The position numbers were made by a program, and so were the translations under genes. This document shows positions 10,616 through 22,930 of a stretch of DNA of 64,000 nucleotides, in pieces. The DNA comes from Felis catus (taxonomy: Eukaryota), in contig NC_058382.1 of assembly GCF_018350175.1 (NCBI RefSeq), positions 59,336,001 through 59,400,000 of the forward strand, read 5' to 3'. The notes beneath the pieces are model-generated. The model was not told the DNA's origin, did no database searches, and saw nothing but the letters and a program-made list of their open reading frames with translations. Each line of letters starts with the position of its first letter. The first letter of the stretch is position 1.

Positions 10616-13600
10616 GGTGATTACGCGGAGCTGTGAGGAAAAGCGCTCCAAGAGTGAGCGCTGGTGTCAGTCCTTACAGTGACAAGCGTCCTGGCTCCTG
10701 GGCTGATTTGATTTCTGAACGTGGACCGTGGGTGGGTGGAGAGCAGACACAGATATAACGTCCGTCTTATTTTGCCGTCCCTCACACGGCAGCGATGCGG
10801 CCACTCTTCCAGAAGGACCAGTGAGGCGCCGGGCTCCAAGACACCCCTGTCGGCGCTCCTTCCTGTCCAGGTGCCGGAGGAAGAGGCCCATCCCCACACA
10901 GCTCGGCCGACCGTGGGCCGGGCTCCCCTGGGATCTACGAGGCCCCCACACGCTCTCGGGGCCTGGCTCCTGCGGGCCCGACATTCCCACAGGTGCCGCT
11001 GGCAGGACGGCCAGGGAGAGGAGGCCGGGCCAAGCGGGGAAGTCTGCAGCCTGGCCATTTGCTCCCCGGGCTCGGGGTCACAGGAGCTGGGATCATCCCG
11101 GTGACTCAAGCCACAGGCCCTCAATCTGTCATGATACCCCAGGAAAAAATACACTGAAATACTGTTTTTTCACCCCATTTATTACCCTAATGAGGTGCTT
11201 AACCTGGAAGCACTGTTGGCACCAAGTGGCAACATGCGACCGGCGGAGTGTGCCCGCTGTGCCCCGGCCTTGCCCGTGGACGCAAAAGAGGTCACCGCAG
11301 AGCCCAGGGAGGCTGGGCATTCTCAGGGCAAGACGACAGGGACAGGCAGGAAGGGGGCGACAGAGCGGGGTCCGCCCTGACAGCTTCATGGCCCTGCACC
11401 CGCTTGCATAAAAATCCCCTCCGCAATGACGTCCACGGGCCTGTCTGTGCGAGGCCCTCCTGCCGGGCGGGCCGCCCACTTTGGAACCCGGAGCCAGGAG
11501 TCAGCTGTTTCCAGTTACAAGGGGTTGCGACCCTTGGGCCAGTCCCTGGTCAGGACTCAAGGGGGGACTGTCCCACGGGTGTGCCCCTTCCCTACACGGA
11601 GCATCTCTCAGGCACCAGGCGGACCTCCGGCACTGGAGAGCGATGTCTGGACACGGCTGCCCTTGGGTCCTGGATTGACAAGCAAAGGTTCCCAGAGCGA
11701 ACGAACAATTGCTTCTCGCCAGCCATCGACCTTCGGTGTCCGAAGGGTCCTGCCACTTCCTAAGCCTTTGCAGGTCAGGATCTGGCGTGTGTGAGAAGGT
11801 GCAGGGGCCCAGGCTCAGAAGGACCCTGCACTCGGTCCCATGCTCTGCTGGGGGCAACTTGGAATTCGTCACAACGTCTCAGCCAGGCCCCCATCTCGTC
11901 TTGCCCTGGACCTCGAACCTCCAAGATCACTCAGCTGGGGCTCCCTCACCTCACCTGGTCCTGCCCCATCGCTGACCTCCCACAGGACCTCCTGTCAGCC
12001 AAGATCTCGTGAGACCCTCAAAACGACCCCAGTTTGGGAGACTAGTCTCGATCCCTGTTTTGCAAACATGGGAAGTGGGGGGCAGGGACCATAAGCAGCG
12101 TTCCTGAGCCCTCACCGCTAGTCAGAAGCCGACTCGAGGACCAGAGGCAAACTTGTCTTTTTTTGTCTCCCACGAGGGTCGAGGAGGAGCCGGAAAAGCC
12201 TGAGTGGGGTCTCAACACAGCTCAGTGTCACCAAGAGAGACGTGGAGAAGGGAGGGACTGGACCATTTCCCCGGAAGAGAAAGGGGCATCAGGGGGCAGG
12301 AGCTGAGGCAAAGAGGGCTCCACTAGCATGGGGGGCTCTCTGGGACCCTGGGAGGGGCTGGCCTCTGCAGGATGGGGAACTGGAGCTCCCAGATCTAGCA
12401 GTGAGGGGCTGCGCCCCAATGCTCCCCGTCTGCATGACCCCAGCGATGATGAGAGACCCCCTTTGGAATGAAAAGCAACCCGATTCCATCCTGTTCACTG
12501 CGGGTAGCATCAGAAACAGAAGAAAACGTGTCTCGTGCACAAGCAGATGGAGCCTTCTAGAAGCAAAGGCTGATGGAAGTCAGAGTCAGGAGGGTGCAGA
12601 GAAGTGAGAATCCTGACAGCACTCCAGCAGAGGAGACGCGCAGATGGCGAACGCCCACGCCAACCCCCCAGCTAAGACGCCACAGTGGCGAGCAACAGAA
12701 ACCCCGACGGAAACTGGCTTCGCCGCGTCTGGGATGAGCCAGGGTCCAGGGAACGGTGGGACAGCACGGCGGTGCCTGTCAGGGCCGGTCCCTGGCCCTT
12801 GCCCACCCCCAGGCTCCAATCCAGAACTGTGACGATGTCCAGGGGAAGTCCAGAGACACACCCCCACGGCGCTAAGAAGGGGAGAAGCCTTTTTCCACGA
12901 GACCCGCAGCTGCCCTGGGACCCAAGTGACTGCCCAAGCTCCCAGGGCCGGAGAAACCACAGCGGGGCTCCCCCAGGGTGCAAACTCCCCCAGGTGGCTG
13001 GTAGGAAGGGGGAGAGGTTAGAGGTCTACACCTTGGCTGCAGCGTCTCTCCAGACCCACACCATTCCTCAGCGTAAACGAGAACTCCCAGAGAGAAGGTC
13101 CGGCCCGTGCACTTGCTTCCGAGCCCTGGTCCTGAACGTCTTGCCTGTGTGACCGCAGACCAGTCCTCAAACTGGGCTGCCTGTGGCTCTCTAGGAAAAC
13201 ATCAGAGTTTGTCCCATGACCTATCAGGCTGTAGACAAGGGCATTATTCCCTCATAACTGAAGTTCACCTGGCTGAACTCAGGGCAAGCCGCCTCGGAGG
13301 ATGGCTTGCGTTATCTCCGGGAGCGCCAGCAGCAGGATTAGAGGCTGAACGCCCAGGACTGACTCCCCAGATTAGGCCAGAGAGCAGCTCTGGTGGGGAT
13401 TCCTGGCCACTGCTCTAGCCCCACCATGAAAGCGCCTTCCACTGCGCGTAAGAGAAACCGAGTGTCAGCGGCTGAAACGAGGTGTTGGTACATGCACTCT
13501 TCTCACCCAAGGTCTTGAGATCTAGTCTCCAAAATCACCAGGGCTCCTCCTTCCCGTACGTTGTGGGTCCATCCACATGACGACACATCCAGCCACTGGG

Positions 13601-13805
13601 CGGGGACAAAGGGGCAAGAGGACGGCCTGCCCCTCACCTTACAGGCCCGCTCTGGAGACTTCACGGCTCCTGGGCCAGGTCGTGTGGCACGCACACCACA
13701 GCGGCAGGGGAGGCTGGGGACACGGGCTTTCTTGTGAGTGGCGAGGGACCTGGTTTGACATTCTACTACTACGGAAGGGGGGGTAATCAGCCGCCAAGAC
13801 AAGGC

Positions 13806-14000
13806 CTCAGGCCATGATCTCATGGTCTGGGAGTTTGAACCCTGCGTCGGGCTCTGTGCCGACGGTTCGGAGCCTGGAGCCTGCTTCCGATTCTGTTGTC
13901 TCCCTCTCTCGCTTCCCCCCACCCCCGGCTTGTGCTCTGTCTCTCTCTCTCTCTCTCTTTCTCTCTCTCAAAAATAAAACATCAACACAAATTCTTAAAA
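13806..14000 (+). mobile_element. SINEC (felid), 5'-truncated
   Basis: CTCAGGCCATGATCTC...GAGCCTGGAGCCTGCTTCCGATTCTG...(CT)n...AAAAATAAAA. Confidence 0.95.
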
Positions 14001-14469
14001 GTGTTTTATTACAAAAGGGATAGGTATTCGGTACAAAAGGCGAAAGGGTATCCGACGCAGAGAACATGAGACACGAGCGTTGTCCGGAACCTGGTCGGCA
14101 CTCGCACCAGGCAACGCCCACCCTGCTCTGGGATCAGACCTCAACGTCCACAGAGAAACCACATTTTGGTGACATCACAGATTTCATGTGTGCATCCCTC
14201 TGTGGCCTCCGGACCCTGAAAATCATGGTTTCCACACGAACAGAACGAGACAGTTGTCATAATGCCCCTCACACTGTGTGTGGGGTGAGGGCAGGTGGTG
14301 AGCACCTTGGACAGATGGTGCCCTGTCCCCTCCCACCAAGATTCCCTGAAGCCCCCTCGGTGCCCTGGGGGAGACACAGAACTGGTCATACTAGGTTTCT
14401 GTCTCCCATTCCTACCCCCACTCTTCAGCATCCTACCATCCAGGGGCAAATATATGAGATAGTTTGTTC

Positions 14470-14679
14470 GTAACAAACGTTTTACGCACTGTCCACGTGC
14501 AGGTGCTTTGCAAACATTAATGTGGTTGATGACGACCCTAGGAGGTAGTTACTCTTATTAGACACATTTTACAGATGAGAAAACTGAGGCCCAGAGAGGT
14601 CAAGTGACTTGCCTCAGGTCACACAGCTACACCCAAGCTATCGAGTTGGGATTCGAACCCAGGCACTTGGGCTCCAGAG
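14470..14679 (-). mobile_element. MIR SINE
   Basis: CATTTTACAGATGAGAAAACTGAGGCCCAGAGAGGTCAAGTGACTTGCCTCAGGTCACACAGCTA...GGGATTCGAACCCAGG. Confidence 0.92.
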
Positions 14680-14819
14680 ATAGCGCTGGCAGTAAAGACA
14701 AGCCGGCTGACCGTGGAGGAGGACCCCACATCTTCCACAGAAAAATGGGAATAAAGATAGGACGTGACCCCTGCTGTGCCGCTGCTTTTGACAAAGCAAC
14801 TCCAGCAAGGTTAGGTGTT

Positions 14820-14977
14820 ACCAACGGCCCTGAACCCTGGCCACACGTGAAAATCCCCCAGGGTACCTTGGAAACCGCTACCCAGGTCCAGCACCTCTCT
14901 GTCTGGGGTGGGGCCCAGGAACCCCTACTTTCTAAGACTTGCCAGGCCACTCCGCACAGCCAGGTTTGAGAACCCCA
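14820..14977. mobile_element. MER5-type MITE
   Basis: GTCTGGGGTGGGCCCAGGAAC...CAGCCAGGTTTGAGAACC. Confidence 0.6.
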
Positions 14978-15187
14978 ACTCTCGGTAGCGGGTTCCCCCA
15001 CGGGTCCCAGCTGTGTGGCCTGGGCTCCTGGCTTAGCCTCCCCAGGCCTCTGCTTCCACATGCGCGACTGGAGACGCCGTTGCCGTGGTAAGCGCGTGCC
15101 TGCAGGGGTCTGGCACCGGCTGGGTCGCCCGCCACCCGTCAGCTCTCGCTCTAAGGCACATGCTGCTCTCGGTGCACAGAGATCGGG

Positions 15188-15543
15188 GCACCGTTTTCTC
15201 CGGCTGCCCAAACAAAGCACGACAGGCTGGGCGGCTGAGGGACTGAGGCCCCCAGCCCAGGAGGCTGGAAGTCTGAGATCCAGGCGTGGGCAGGCTTGGC
15301 TTCTCCCGAGGCCTCTCTGCTGGGCGTGCACGTGGCCGTGCCCCTCCATCCTCCATGGCCCTCCCTCTGTGCGTGTCTGTGTCCCCATCTCTTCTCTCCT
15401 AAGGGCACCAGGGCCCACCCCACTGACTTGGTTTCCTTAAGCACCTTTACAAAGGCCTTGTCTCCAAGCACAGTCCCATCCCGAGGTCCCGGGGGTTGAG
15501 ACTCCAACGTGAACTTTTCAGGGACACGATTCGGTCCAGGGCA
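15188..15543 (-). mobile_element. MLT1A/B/C-type MaLR solo LTR
   Basis: GGAGGCTGGAAGTCTGAGATCCAGG...CTCTGTGCGTGTCTGTGTCC...AAAGGCCTTGTCTCCAA...GGGACACGATTC. Confidence 0.85.
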
Positions 15544-17029
15544 ATGGGTTAAAGCAGACAGCACCCGTTCTGAGGTGTTTTCTCGGGCGCGCTGGTGGGG
15601 AATCCACAGTCACACAAATCCTGTCCCCTAACAAGGCACAGTGAGACGGCAGCTTTCAGTTAGTCACTGATAATCGCTCTACAGGCGCTCCTGCTCCGGC
15701 CTCGCCCCCACCGGCCCTGCGCGGGTTAATCGGAAGGTCTCCGGAGCTGGGGGGATTTACTGCCCCCAGACCTTTATCATCTCTCCCTGACGCTGAGGGC
15801 TCACATTTCCCACTTAATTACTCGTCCCGCAATCAGAAGAGATAGCCAGTCCTGGGCTGAGTTGGCTGCAGCTGTGAACTGTTTATTTACTTTTCCTCGG
15901 CCGGGAATGGCTGTAATTTGAAGGTTCAGGTCTCAGCTACCCTGCCTGGTGCAAAGCCTGCTAAACGCTTCCATATTGCTGGGGGTGGAGCTCTGCTGGA
16001 AGCCACCCCCGCCTCCCTCCCCGGGCGGCCGCTGGGAAGCAGGTGCTCCTGGTTATCCCAGGGGGCCGAGGGGCAGCAGGGGAGCACAGCCAGCCGCACC
16101 CCGCCCTGTGCTCCACCGGCGGGGGAGGGGCTTGGCCGAGAACCCAGGAGACGCAGCGCGGATGGGGACCCGCAGATGCCAGGACAGGCTCGCCCCGAAG
16201 GAAGCACCCCCTCGGAGCCAGGCCGTCCCCGCCGCAGTGCAAGCCACCACTCTCTCTAATTCCTGCACCAAATGGTGTAATTACCGCTTAAGTTGTCAAA
16301 TGGCATCCAGATGGTCTTACCTTTCACACCAGTGGTTTAATAAGCTTTTAGGCATGACCTTTGCAGCCCGTCCTCCACCTGCACAGCCCCCCAGTTTGTG
16401 AAATCCGAGCCCACAATTAGATCTGATAATGAGTGCCCGGGCGACCAGCCTTGAACTCTGTAAGCAATCTTCGAGGGGTGCCCAGTGAGTCACCCCATGC
16501 CACTGACAAATGGCATGTGTCCCCCCACACACGGAAGGGCCCCCATGCACACAGGGCCCCAGAGGCTGACCCGGGGAAATCACAGACGCCCCGAGAGATC
16601 CAAGAGTGCATCTGGGGGGGGGGGGGGGCTGGGCGGCCCCGAGAACTCGGGCGGACTCTTCCAGGAGCCAGGTCCCAGCAAACCAGAGGCTCAGACCTCA
16701 CCGACTACCTCCAAGGCTGCTGTCCGGGGGCCGTCTGCCCCGGGGCAGCCCACCCGGGAGGAAGTGTTTCTAGTCCTGCCTCCCCCATCAGCACCAACAG
16801 GTGGGCACCCCCAACATGGGGATCACCCTGCTGCCACAGAGCTGCCCAGGCCCTCTGCAGGTAAACAAGCCAGAGAAACTCCCCGCGAAGCTGTCGGCAC
16901 AGAGAAGAAACGATCTCACACTGCAAAGGATCACATCCTACTGTCCTGAAAAAGTCAAACTGGTCTTTCCCAGCATGGGGCAAAGTCCTCTACCAGTTAC
17001 GGAGCTCACACGCACACACGATGCACCTT

Positions 17030-17184
17030 TCCTAGGGCTTGACACAAATTCACTAATTGAATCCTCGCACAGCCTAGGTGCTGTTTTTATCTCCCATTTG
17101 TAGATTAGAGAACCATGGTGCAGAAAGGTTATCTGCCCAAAGTCACATAGCCAACAAGTGGCAGAACTGGGATTTGAGCCTAGG
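17030..17184 (-). mobile_element. MIR SINE
   Basis: TGCCCAAAGTCACATAGCCAACAAGTGGCAGAACTGGGATTTGAGCCTAGG. Confidence 0.85.
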
Positions 17185-18959
17185 TGAGAAGCAGAATGGG
17201 TACAGTTACTTAATTATTTAACTAATTAAAAACGTGATATGCACACAAGATAGCATGTTATATGTACTGAACAAAGTTTAAGGATTTGCACAAGGGTTTG
17301 GAAAATGCCAAATGTTCCCAGCACAGCCCGCACGCTGATATTCTCAGTGCCCTGGCGATCTGAAGAAAAGGGAAAGACACAGAGACCAGAACAGATCAGA
17401 AGCCTTCTCTGCAATGGATTGCAACACTGGCTGATGGAGGAAGGAACCAGACACTTGAGCTCTTGGCCAGGGAGAGAAGTTTCCATAGGAGAATCTTGTC
17501 CCTGATCTCTGCCAGGGCCTGGTTAGAGCAGACCACAAACCAGAAAACCATGGGAGAGTAAGACCCAATGGGGAAACTGGCGAGATGTCTTTGTTCCAAT
17601 CTCCTCATTATATTTGACTCTTTGGGGGACATCACTGTTCCCTCTTCTTGACCCTCATGGAGATCCTGGGTTTTAATGGTCTCACCTTAGGTTGTCACTG
17701 AAAACCTACTCTTAAGACTGTGTTGCCATTCTTACTAAGGTGTGAATGACTGACATTTAGGAAGAGGGACTGTGTTTCAGGTTGTCATCTATCACCTTAA
17801 GGCCAACTTGACTTTACAAATAAGGAGACTGTAAAAAGGCCCAAGATAAACATGAAGTATAGAAACATCATCATTTGTGCTAACGTAATGGGAGGGACAC
17901 AATGGCTTTCTGAAGTCCCTCTGCATATACTACGGAATGCAAAGCAATGACGGCATAGACTTTTAATGTGAAGAGATGCCCAAGAAGGCCATCCTTAGGC
18001 AGGTTTCCCTCTTGGTCCCCACTCCCGGGGAAGGCAGCCTACTCTGAAAACAATTCTGTGCTAGAACATCCTAAGGAACAAGGCCTTAAATACGCAAGTA
18101 ATTCATCCCAGTGGTGACATCATCCGGCATGTGATGGCTCCATTTCAGTATGAGCTGGGGGTTCCTGGTGACAATTCCAGGACTCAGAAGCCACCTGTAT
18201 TAGAGGCTTACAAGAAGCCCGCCTGTCTTAGAAGCTCCAGCCGGTCGAGTGTTCAGCTGGGAGATCACTGGCTGACCCACCTTGCCGTCCACGGAGCTCC
18301 GCCAAAGCCACGGCACCTGCGGCCCTGGACGCTCAGGAAGCTCTTGCCTCTGAGCCTTAGCGTGGGCCCCTCTTTCTCCCGCATCTGCCTGGAGGACAAC
18401 ACCTCCTCACTACAGGGCTCACTCTGCACCCGCCCCGCTGGGGCGCTGGAGCCTTCCCGTTCACCCTTCTGTCCCCGTGTCCAGGAGGGCACGCGGCCCA
18501 CAGTGCTTGGTGACCACAGATGCTTCCCACACACCTCCTTGCTCACCGCCTCATGTCCTCATCCTCCCCATCATCACGTGGCCCTGGTGGGCGGGGCTTG
18601 GGTCTACCCAGTGCCCGGCTGGCTGCAGTGGGCTCCATCAGGTTGGGAGTGAATAAGGCACACTAGTTCCTCAAGAAGACGTTGTCTACAGACCCGCCTC
18701 TGAGAACAGTTTACCCCTAAGTTGAAACGAGACATGTAGTAACAGGTAACATGTGTTAGTTGCCCCAGAAGGACACGGTGATGTGCTCCCGGGAAAGGCG
18801 GACAGAATGCCAGGCTGGTGACGCCTGACCCCAGGCGTCGGAAGAGAGCTGGGCAGGGGACGGTAGTGGCCATGCAGCCTGGAAGGGCTCATGGCTTTGC
18901 GAGCCTGGCGGCCCGCCCACGTTCCCCCAGACACCTCCCATGCCCAGTCTGCACCCAGC

Positions 18960-19070
18960 CTTGAGGTGGGTTCTGTTACAGTGGCCCTTCATAGACGAGA
19001 AACTGAGGGTCAGAGACACCCGGCAACATGGCCGAGAGCACACGGTGGCAGAGCTTGAATCTGAACAGGA
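18960..19070 (-). mobile_element. MIR SINE fragment
   Basis: CATAGACGAGAAACTGAGGGTCAGAGA...GGTGGCAGAGCTTGAATCTGAA. Confidence 0.7.
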
Positions 19071-19189
19071 ACCGGCCTAGAGGACACCCACGAGACCCCT
19101 GTCCCCAAGACGAGGAAGGAAGGAGCTTGGGACGGAGGGGTGGGAGGTGGATGCCTTGGTTTCTAAGACCCAAGTTGGCCTCCTACTGA

Positions 19190-19382
19190 GCGTGTGTGTG
19201 TGTGCATGTGTGTGAATGTCTGCGTAGGTGGGTGTAAATATGTGTGTGCACGTGTGTGTGCTTGTGTGTGCTTGCGTGTGTAGGTATACGTGTGAACTGA
19301 TCTGTGCATGCACATGTGTGCACTCGTGTGTTATGTGTGCATGTGAATCAACGTGTGTGAATGTGTGTAGGTGTGTGTGTGT
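19190..19382. repeat. Degenerate (TG)n microsatellite
   Basis: About 190 bp of interrupted GTGT runs. Confidence 0.9.
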
Positions 19383-19665
19383 TCCTCCCCCCAGAAAGCC
19401 TCAGGAAGACAGCACGAGGCCATTCGGTCTGGCCACCATAGTCCGCATTGGACTGTGCCCCTGCTTTGGGAAAACATAAGCCAATAAACATAAAGCCAGA
19501 CCCAAGCCTGCAGTTTCCTGCCTTGGGTCAACAGAAACCCTGAATCGCACTTGGGGATTCCCTGTGACACAGTTGAAAAGTCACAGAAGACAAGGACCCC
19601 AAAACTCTGAGGACCCCCCCCCCGGGCTCCCCTTCACACCAACTCTGAGAAAGGACCGTGGGACA

Positions 19666-19860
19666 GGGCGCCTGGGTGGCTCAGGTCATGATCTCAAGAT
19701 TCATTGAGTTCGAGCCCCGCGTCGGGCTCTGTGCTGACGGCTCGGAGCCTGGAGCCTGCTTCGGATTCTGCGTCTCCCTCTCTCTCTGCCCCTCCCCTGC
19801 TTGCACTCTCTCTCCCTCTCTCTCTCAAAAATAAGTAAACATTTAAAACAATAAAAAAAA
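19666..19860 (+). mobile_element. SINEC (felid) with 27-bp deletion in head; TSD AAAGGACCRTGG
   Basis: GGGCGCCTGGGTGGCTCAG joined directly to GTCATGATCTC; TSD copies at 19650-19661 and 19861-19872. Confidence 0.95.
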
Positions 19861-20644
19861 AAAGGACCATGGAGCTGACAAACAGTGGACCTACCTGAGC
19901 CCCACCCCCACCCCCACCCCCACCCCCACTGCCCACTCAGGTCTCTTCCACCATCTTGCAGCCGACTTGACAGGGGTGAGGCTCTCTTGACAGGCCCAAA
20001 TTCAAAGCGAGCTGCACCCCTCAGCAGCGGTCCAGGTGCTGATCCAGGTGAGCAGTCCCTCCCGGCCCCTCCGGCTTTCTCGCCGGGGAAAGAGGGCGCG
20101 TGTCCACCACCTCGACTGCCAGCTGACCCTCAAATAGTGCACGTCAGCCCGAGCCCTCCAGGGAGGGTAAGTGGGAGCTATAGCACCCCACCCTACGCAG
20201 GAGGGAACTGAGGCCTGGCGTGCACCGTCTCTGCAGCCCAGCCTGACGCGACCTCAGCGGGCGCTTCCGGAGGGGAGCCCAGTGTCGCGCAGCCTCCTCG
20301 TGGGACACGCGAGTGTTTGCCCCACCCCCCCCCACCTGCACCGTCCTGAGAAGAGTCGGCCCTCAGCCCTCAGAACCCCAGGACTACGCAGTGTGTCCCA
20401 ATTCAGGGCTCCTGGACCCCAGGGGACAGCAAAGAAGTTGAGTCCCTTCTTTATTGCCAACCTCTGGGAACTTGCAGTGCAAATAGCACTGGTCCCACAA
20501 TGAGGCCTCAGAGGAGGCTCCGAACGCTCAAGGTCTCTGCTTTGGACTCGCTTGGGTGGGGTCTGTCCGGTGCTTGTGACAATCAGAAACTTTGCCAGGA
20601 AGGCCATGTCTTTGAACATCATTATGGACAGTAAGAATTAAGAA

Positions 20645-20795
20645 TTAATCTTCTGTCCCAACAACCCTGTAAGAGGTGACATCACCCCCAGTCAGTAGAG
20701 GAAGAGACTGAGGTTCTGAGAGGCTCTAGGACAAGCAGAGACCAGGAGGCGCAGCGAAGCTGAGACTCAGCCTGACTCGGCCTGACTCCAGAGCT
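20645..20795 (-). mobile_element. MIR SINE fragment
   Basis: CAACAACCCTGTAAGAGG...GAGGAAGAGACTGAGGTTCTGAGAGG...CCTGACTCCAGAGC. Confidence 0.65.
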
Positions 20796-20925
20796 GACCA
20801 AGCTGCCAGCCAGCATTTCCCGACGAGCCTGCTCACAAGAATGACCTGGGGCCTGGTGTGAACAGTCCCTCCTGGGACCCCAGACCTAACTAGTCTGACT
20901 CTGAACCATGGGCCTGAGACTCTGC

Positions 20926-21133
20926 TTTTGTTTTAATTTTTAATATTTATTTCTGAGAGAGACAGAGTGCAAGTGGGGGAGGGGCAGAGAGAGAGGGAGA
21001 CACAGAATCCGAAGTGGCTTCCAGGCTCTGAGCTGTCAGTACACAGCCTGACGCGGGCTTGAACTCACAGACCATGAGACCATGACCTGAGCCGAAGTCG
21101 GACGCTTAACCGACTGAGCCACCCACGTGCCCC
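20926..21133 (-). mobile_element. SINEC (felid), copy 1 of tandem trio
   Basis: T-rich tail, GAGAGGGAGACACAGAATCCGAAG, and head GAGCCACCCACGTGCCCC. Confidence 0.97.
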
Positions 21134-21140
21134 TAAAGTA

Positions 21141-21344
21141 TTTTTTTAATGTTTATTTTTGAGAGAGAGAGTAAGAGCATGAGCAGGGGAGGGACAGAAA
21201 GAGAGGGAGACACAGAATCCGAAGCAGGCTCCAGGCTCCGAGCTGTCAGCTCAGAAACCGATGCGGGGCAGAAACTCATGAACGGTGAGATCATGACCTG
21301 AGCCGAAGTCAGACGCTTAACCGACCGAGCCACCTGGGTGCCCC
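21141..21344 (-). mobile_element. SINEC (felid), copy 2 of tandem trio
   Basis: TTTTTTTAATGTTTATTTTTGAGAGA...GAGCCACCTGGGTGCCCC. Confidence 0.97.
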
Positions 21345-21345
21345 T

Positions 21346-21539
21346 ATGATTATTTATTTTTGAAAGAGACAGAGTGTGAGCAAGGGAGAGGCAGAGAGAG
21401 AGGAAACACAGAATCCAAGGCAGGCTCCAGGCTCCGAGCTGGAGCACAGAGCCAGATGTGGGGCTCGAACTCACGGACCGAGAGATCATGACCTGAGCCG
21501 AAGTCGGATGCTCAGCCGACTGAGCCACCCAGGCGCCCC
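21346..21539 (-). mobile_element. SINEC (felid), copy 3 of tandem trio
   Basis: ATTTATTTTTGAAAGAGACAGAG...GAGCCACCCAGGCGCCCC. Confidence 0.97.
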
Positions 21540-22294
21540 GTGAGAATCTGCATTTTCAAACAGCCATCCCTGGAGGTGGGCTTGAGACCACCGGCCACAC
21601 TGCAGCACAGAACTGCATTAATTACCGCTTTCCATCCGCTCCCAGCTGGATGACAGCGCCTCTCAGAAGTGGCACTGATGGGAAAGGAGGGACGGAAACC
21701 CAGCCCAGGCCAGGCAGGCAGGCCTGTCCTGCCCTCGCCTGCCTGCACAGCGCCCCCGAGGGCCACGCAGGGCACTGCGTCCACCACAGGCCCCCCGCCC
21801 TGGCAGGGAACCCACAGGCTGCCTCCGCGCAAAGAATGGGCGGAAACGCTGAGGGCAGGAATTCACCCCTGCGTTTCACACCGCTGTCCGCTGGGACCGG
21901 CCTTCCAGAGGATCCAAGGGCCAGGAGCAGCTGAAAAGGCCAGGGCCACGGGGAGCCCGGCCACGGGGCAGCCAAGCAATCGCCGGCAGAAATCTGCAAG
22001 CTCATCACGGAGCTTGGAAACCTTGGTGGGGCCACAACACAGGACGCATCCTGCTGGGCAGAGATAAGAGAATTCCCAGGTTCTCACCTCCCCCTGGGGA
22101 CGGTGGGGCTGCCGGGGCTTGGAGGAACATGAGAAAGGTGCCCCTAAGCACCGCACCGCAGGGAAGCTGCCTCGGCCCCCCACCCTCCCCTCAAAGCTCC
22201 GGGACAGGACCTGGGGGGAGGGGCCACAGGTCCGTTGGGTCGGTCCGGTGCCCGGTGCTCCTCCCCGACATCAGGCCTCAGGCTGACTTTCAAA

Positions 22295-22365
22295 CTGGCT
22301 CTGGGGCCCTGGGCAAGCGGTTTTGCTGCTCCGGGCCTCAGTCTCCCCACCTGTAAACTGGGCTG
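22295..22365 (+). mobile_element. MIR core fragment
   Basis: CCTGGGCAAG...GGGCCTCAGTCTCCCCACCTGTAAACTGGG. Confidence 0.7.
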
Positions 22366-22844
22366 CTGCAGGTGGACACCACCTCCCAGCCTAGCCCTGG
22401 GGCTCGCTGCAGTCACGCATGCAGAGAAGCAGCTGGTGCGCACGGAGGGTCCTGGCGGCCACAGCACCCGCTGCTCTGCCCCGTCAGCCCTCCCAGCCAG
22501 GCCCAGCAGGTGCGGCTGGTGGGCCCCTTCCGTGGCTTCCATCCAGAGACAGACACTCGTGGAGAAGACGCGGGATGGAGCCGGGGGGGTGGTGGGCGTT
22601 AAGCTGGGACCCAGAGGCCACCCTCAGCGGTGTCGCGCAAGGCTCGTTCTGAGAGCGTGAGCGAAGAACGCGGCTCCAACTGACTCACCCTCCACCCCTG
22701 CTGTGTGTGGCGCCCCCGCGGGGTCAGATCCAGACACTGAGCCTTGGTGCTGCCTGCACCTTGGTGGTGCCTCGGAAAGGGTGACAAGCAGGTAAAAGCT
22801 GGCGCTCGGTGTGCTGTGTGTGCCCGGACCCTCCCACGCCCCTT

Positions 22845-22930
22845 CCACGCGTGATCCTCCCCGTGGCCCTCACAGGCCAGGGAACGAGATTCAGAGAGGT
22901 CAAGTCACCTGCCCAGTGCCACCCAGCCGC
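22845..22930 (-). mobile_element. MIR core fragment
   Basis: GAGATTCAGAGAGGTCAAGTCACCTGCCCAGTGCCACCCAGC. Confidence 0.6.

Larger units (their letters stand above)
20820..21595. mobile_element. MER5-type MITE split by three SINECs
   Basis: Left half CCCCAGACCTAACTAGTCTGACTCTG...GGGCCTGAGACTCTGC; right half TGAGAATCTGCATTTTCAAACAG...TTGAGACCACCGG. Confidence 0.7.

Noticed and set aside
14627..15418. 263-aa minus-strand ORF
   Set aside because: Spans MLT1, MER5 and MIR fragments; no coding character.
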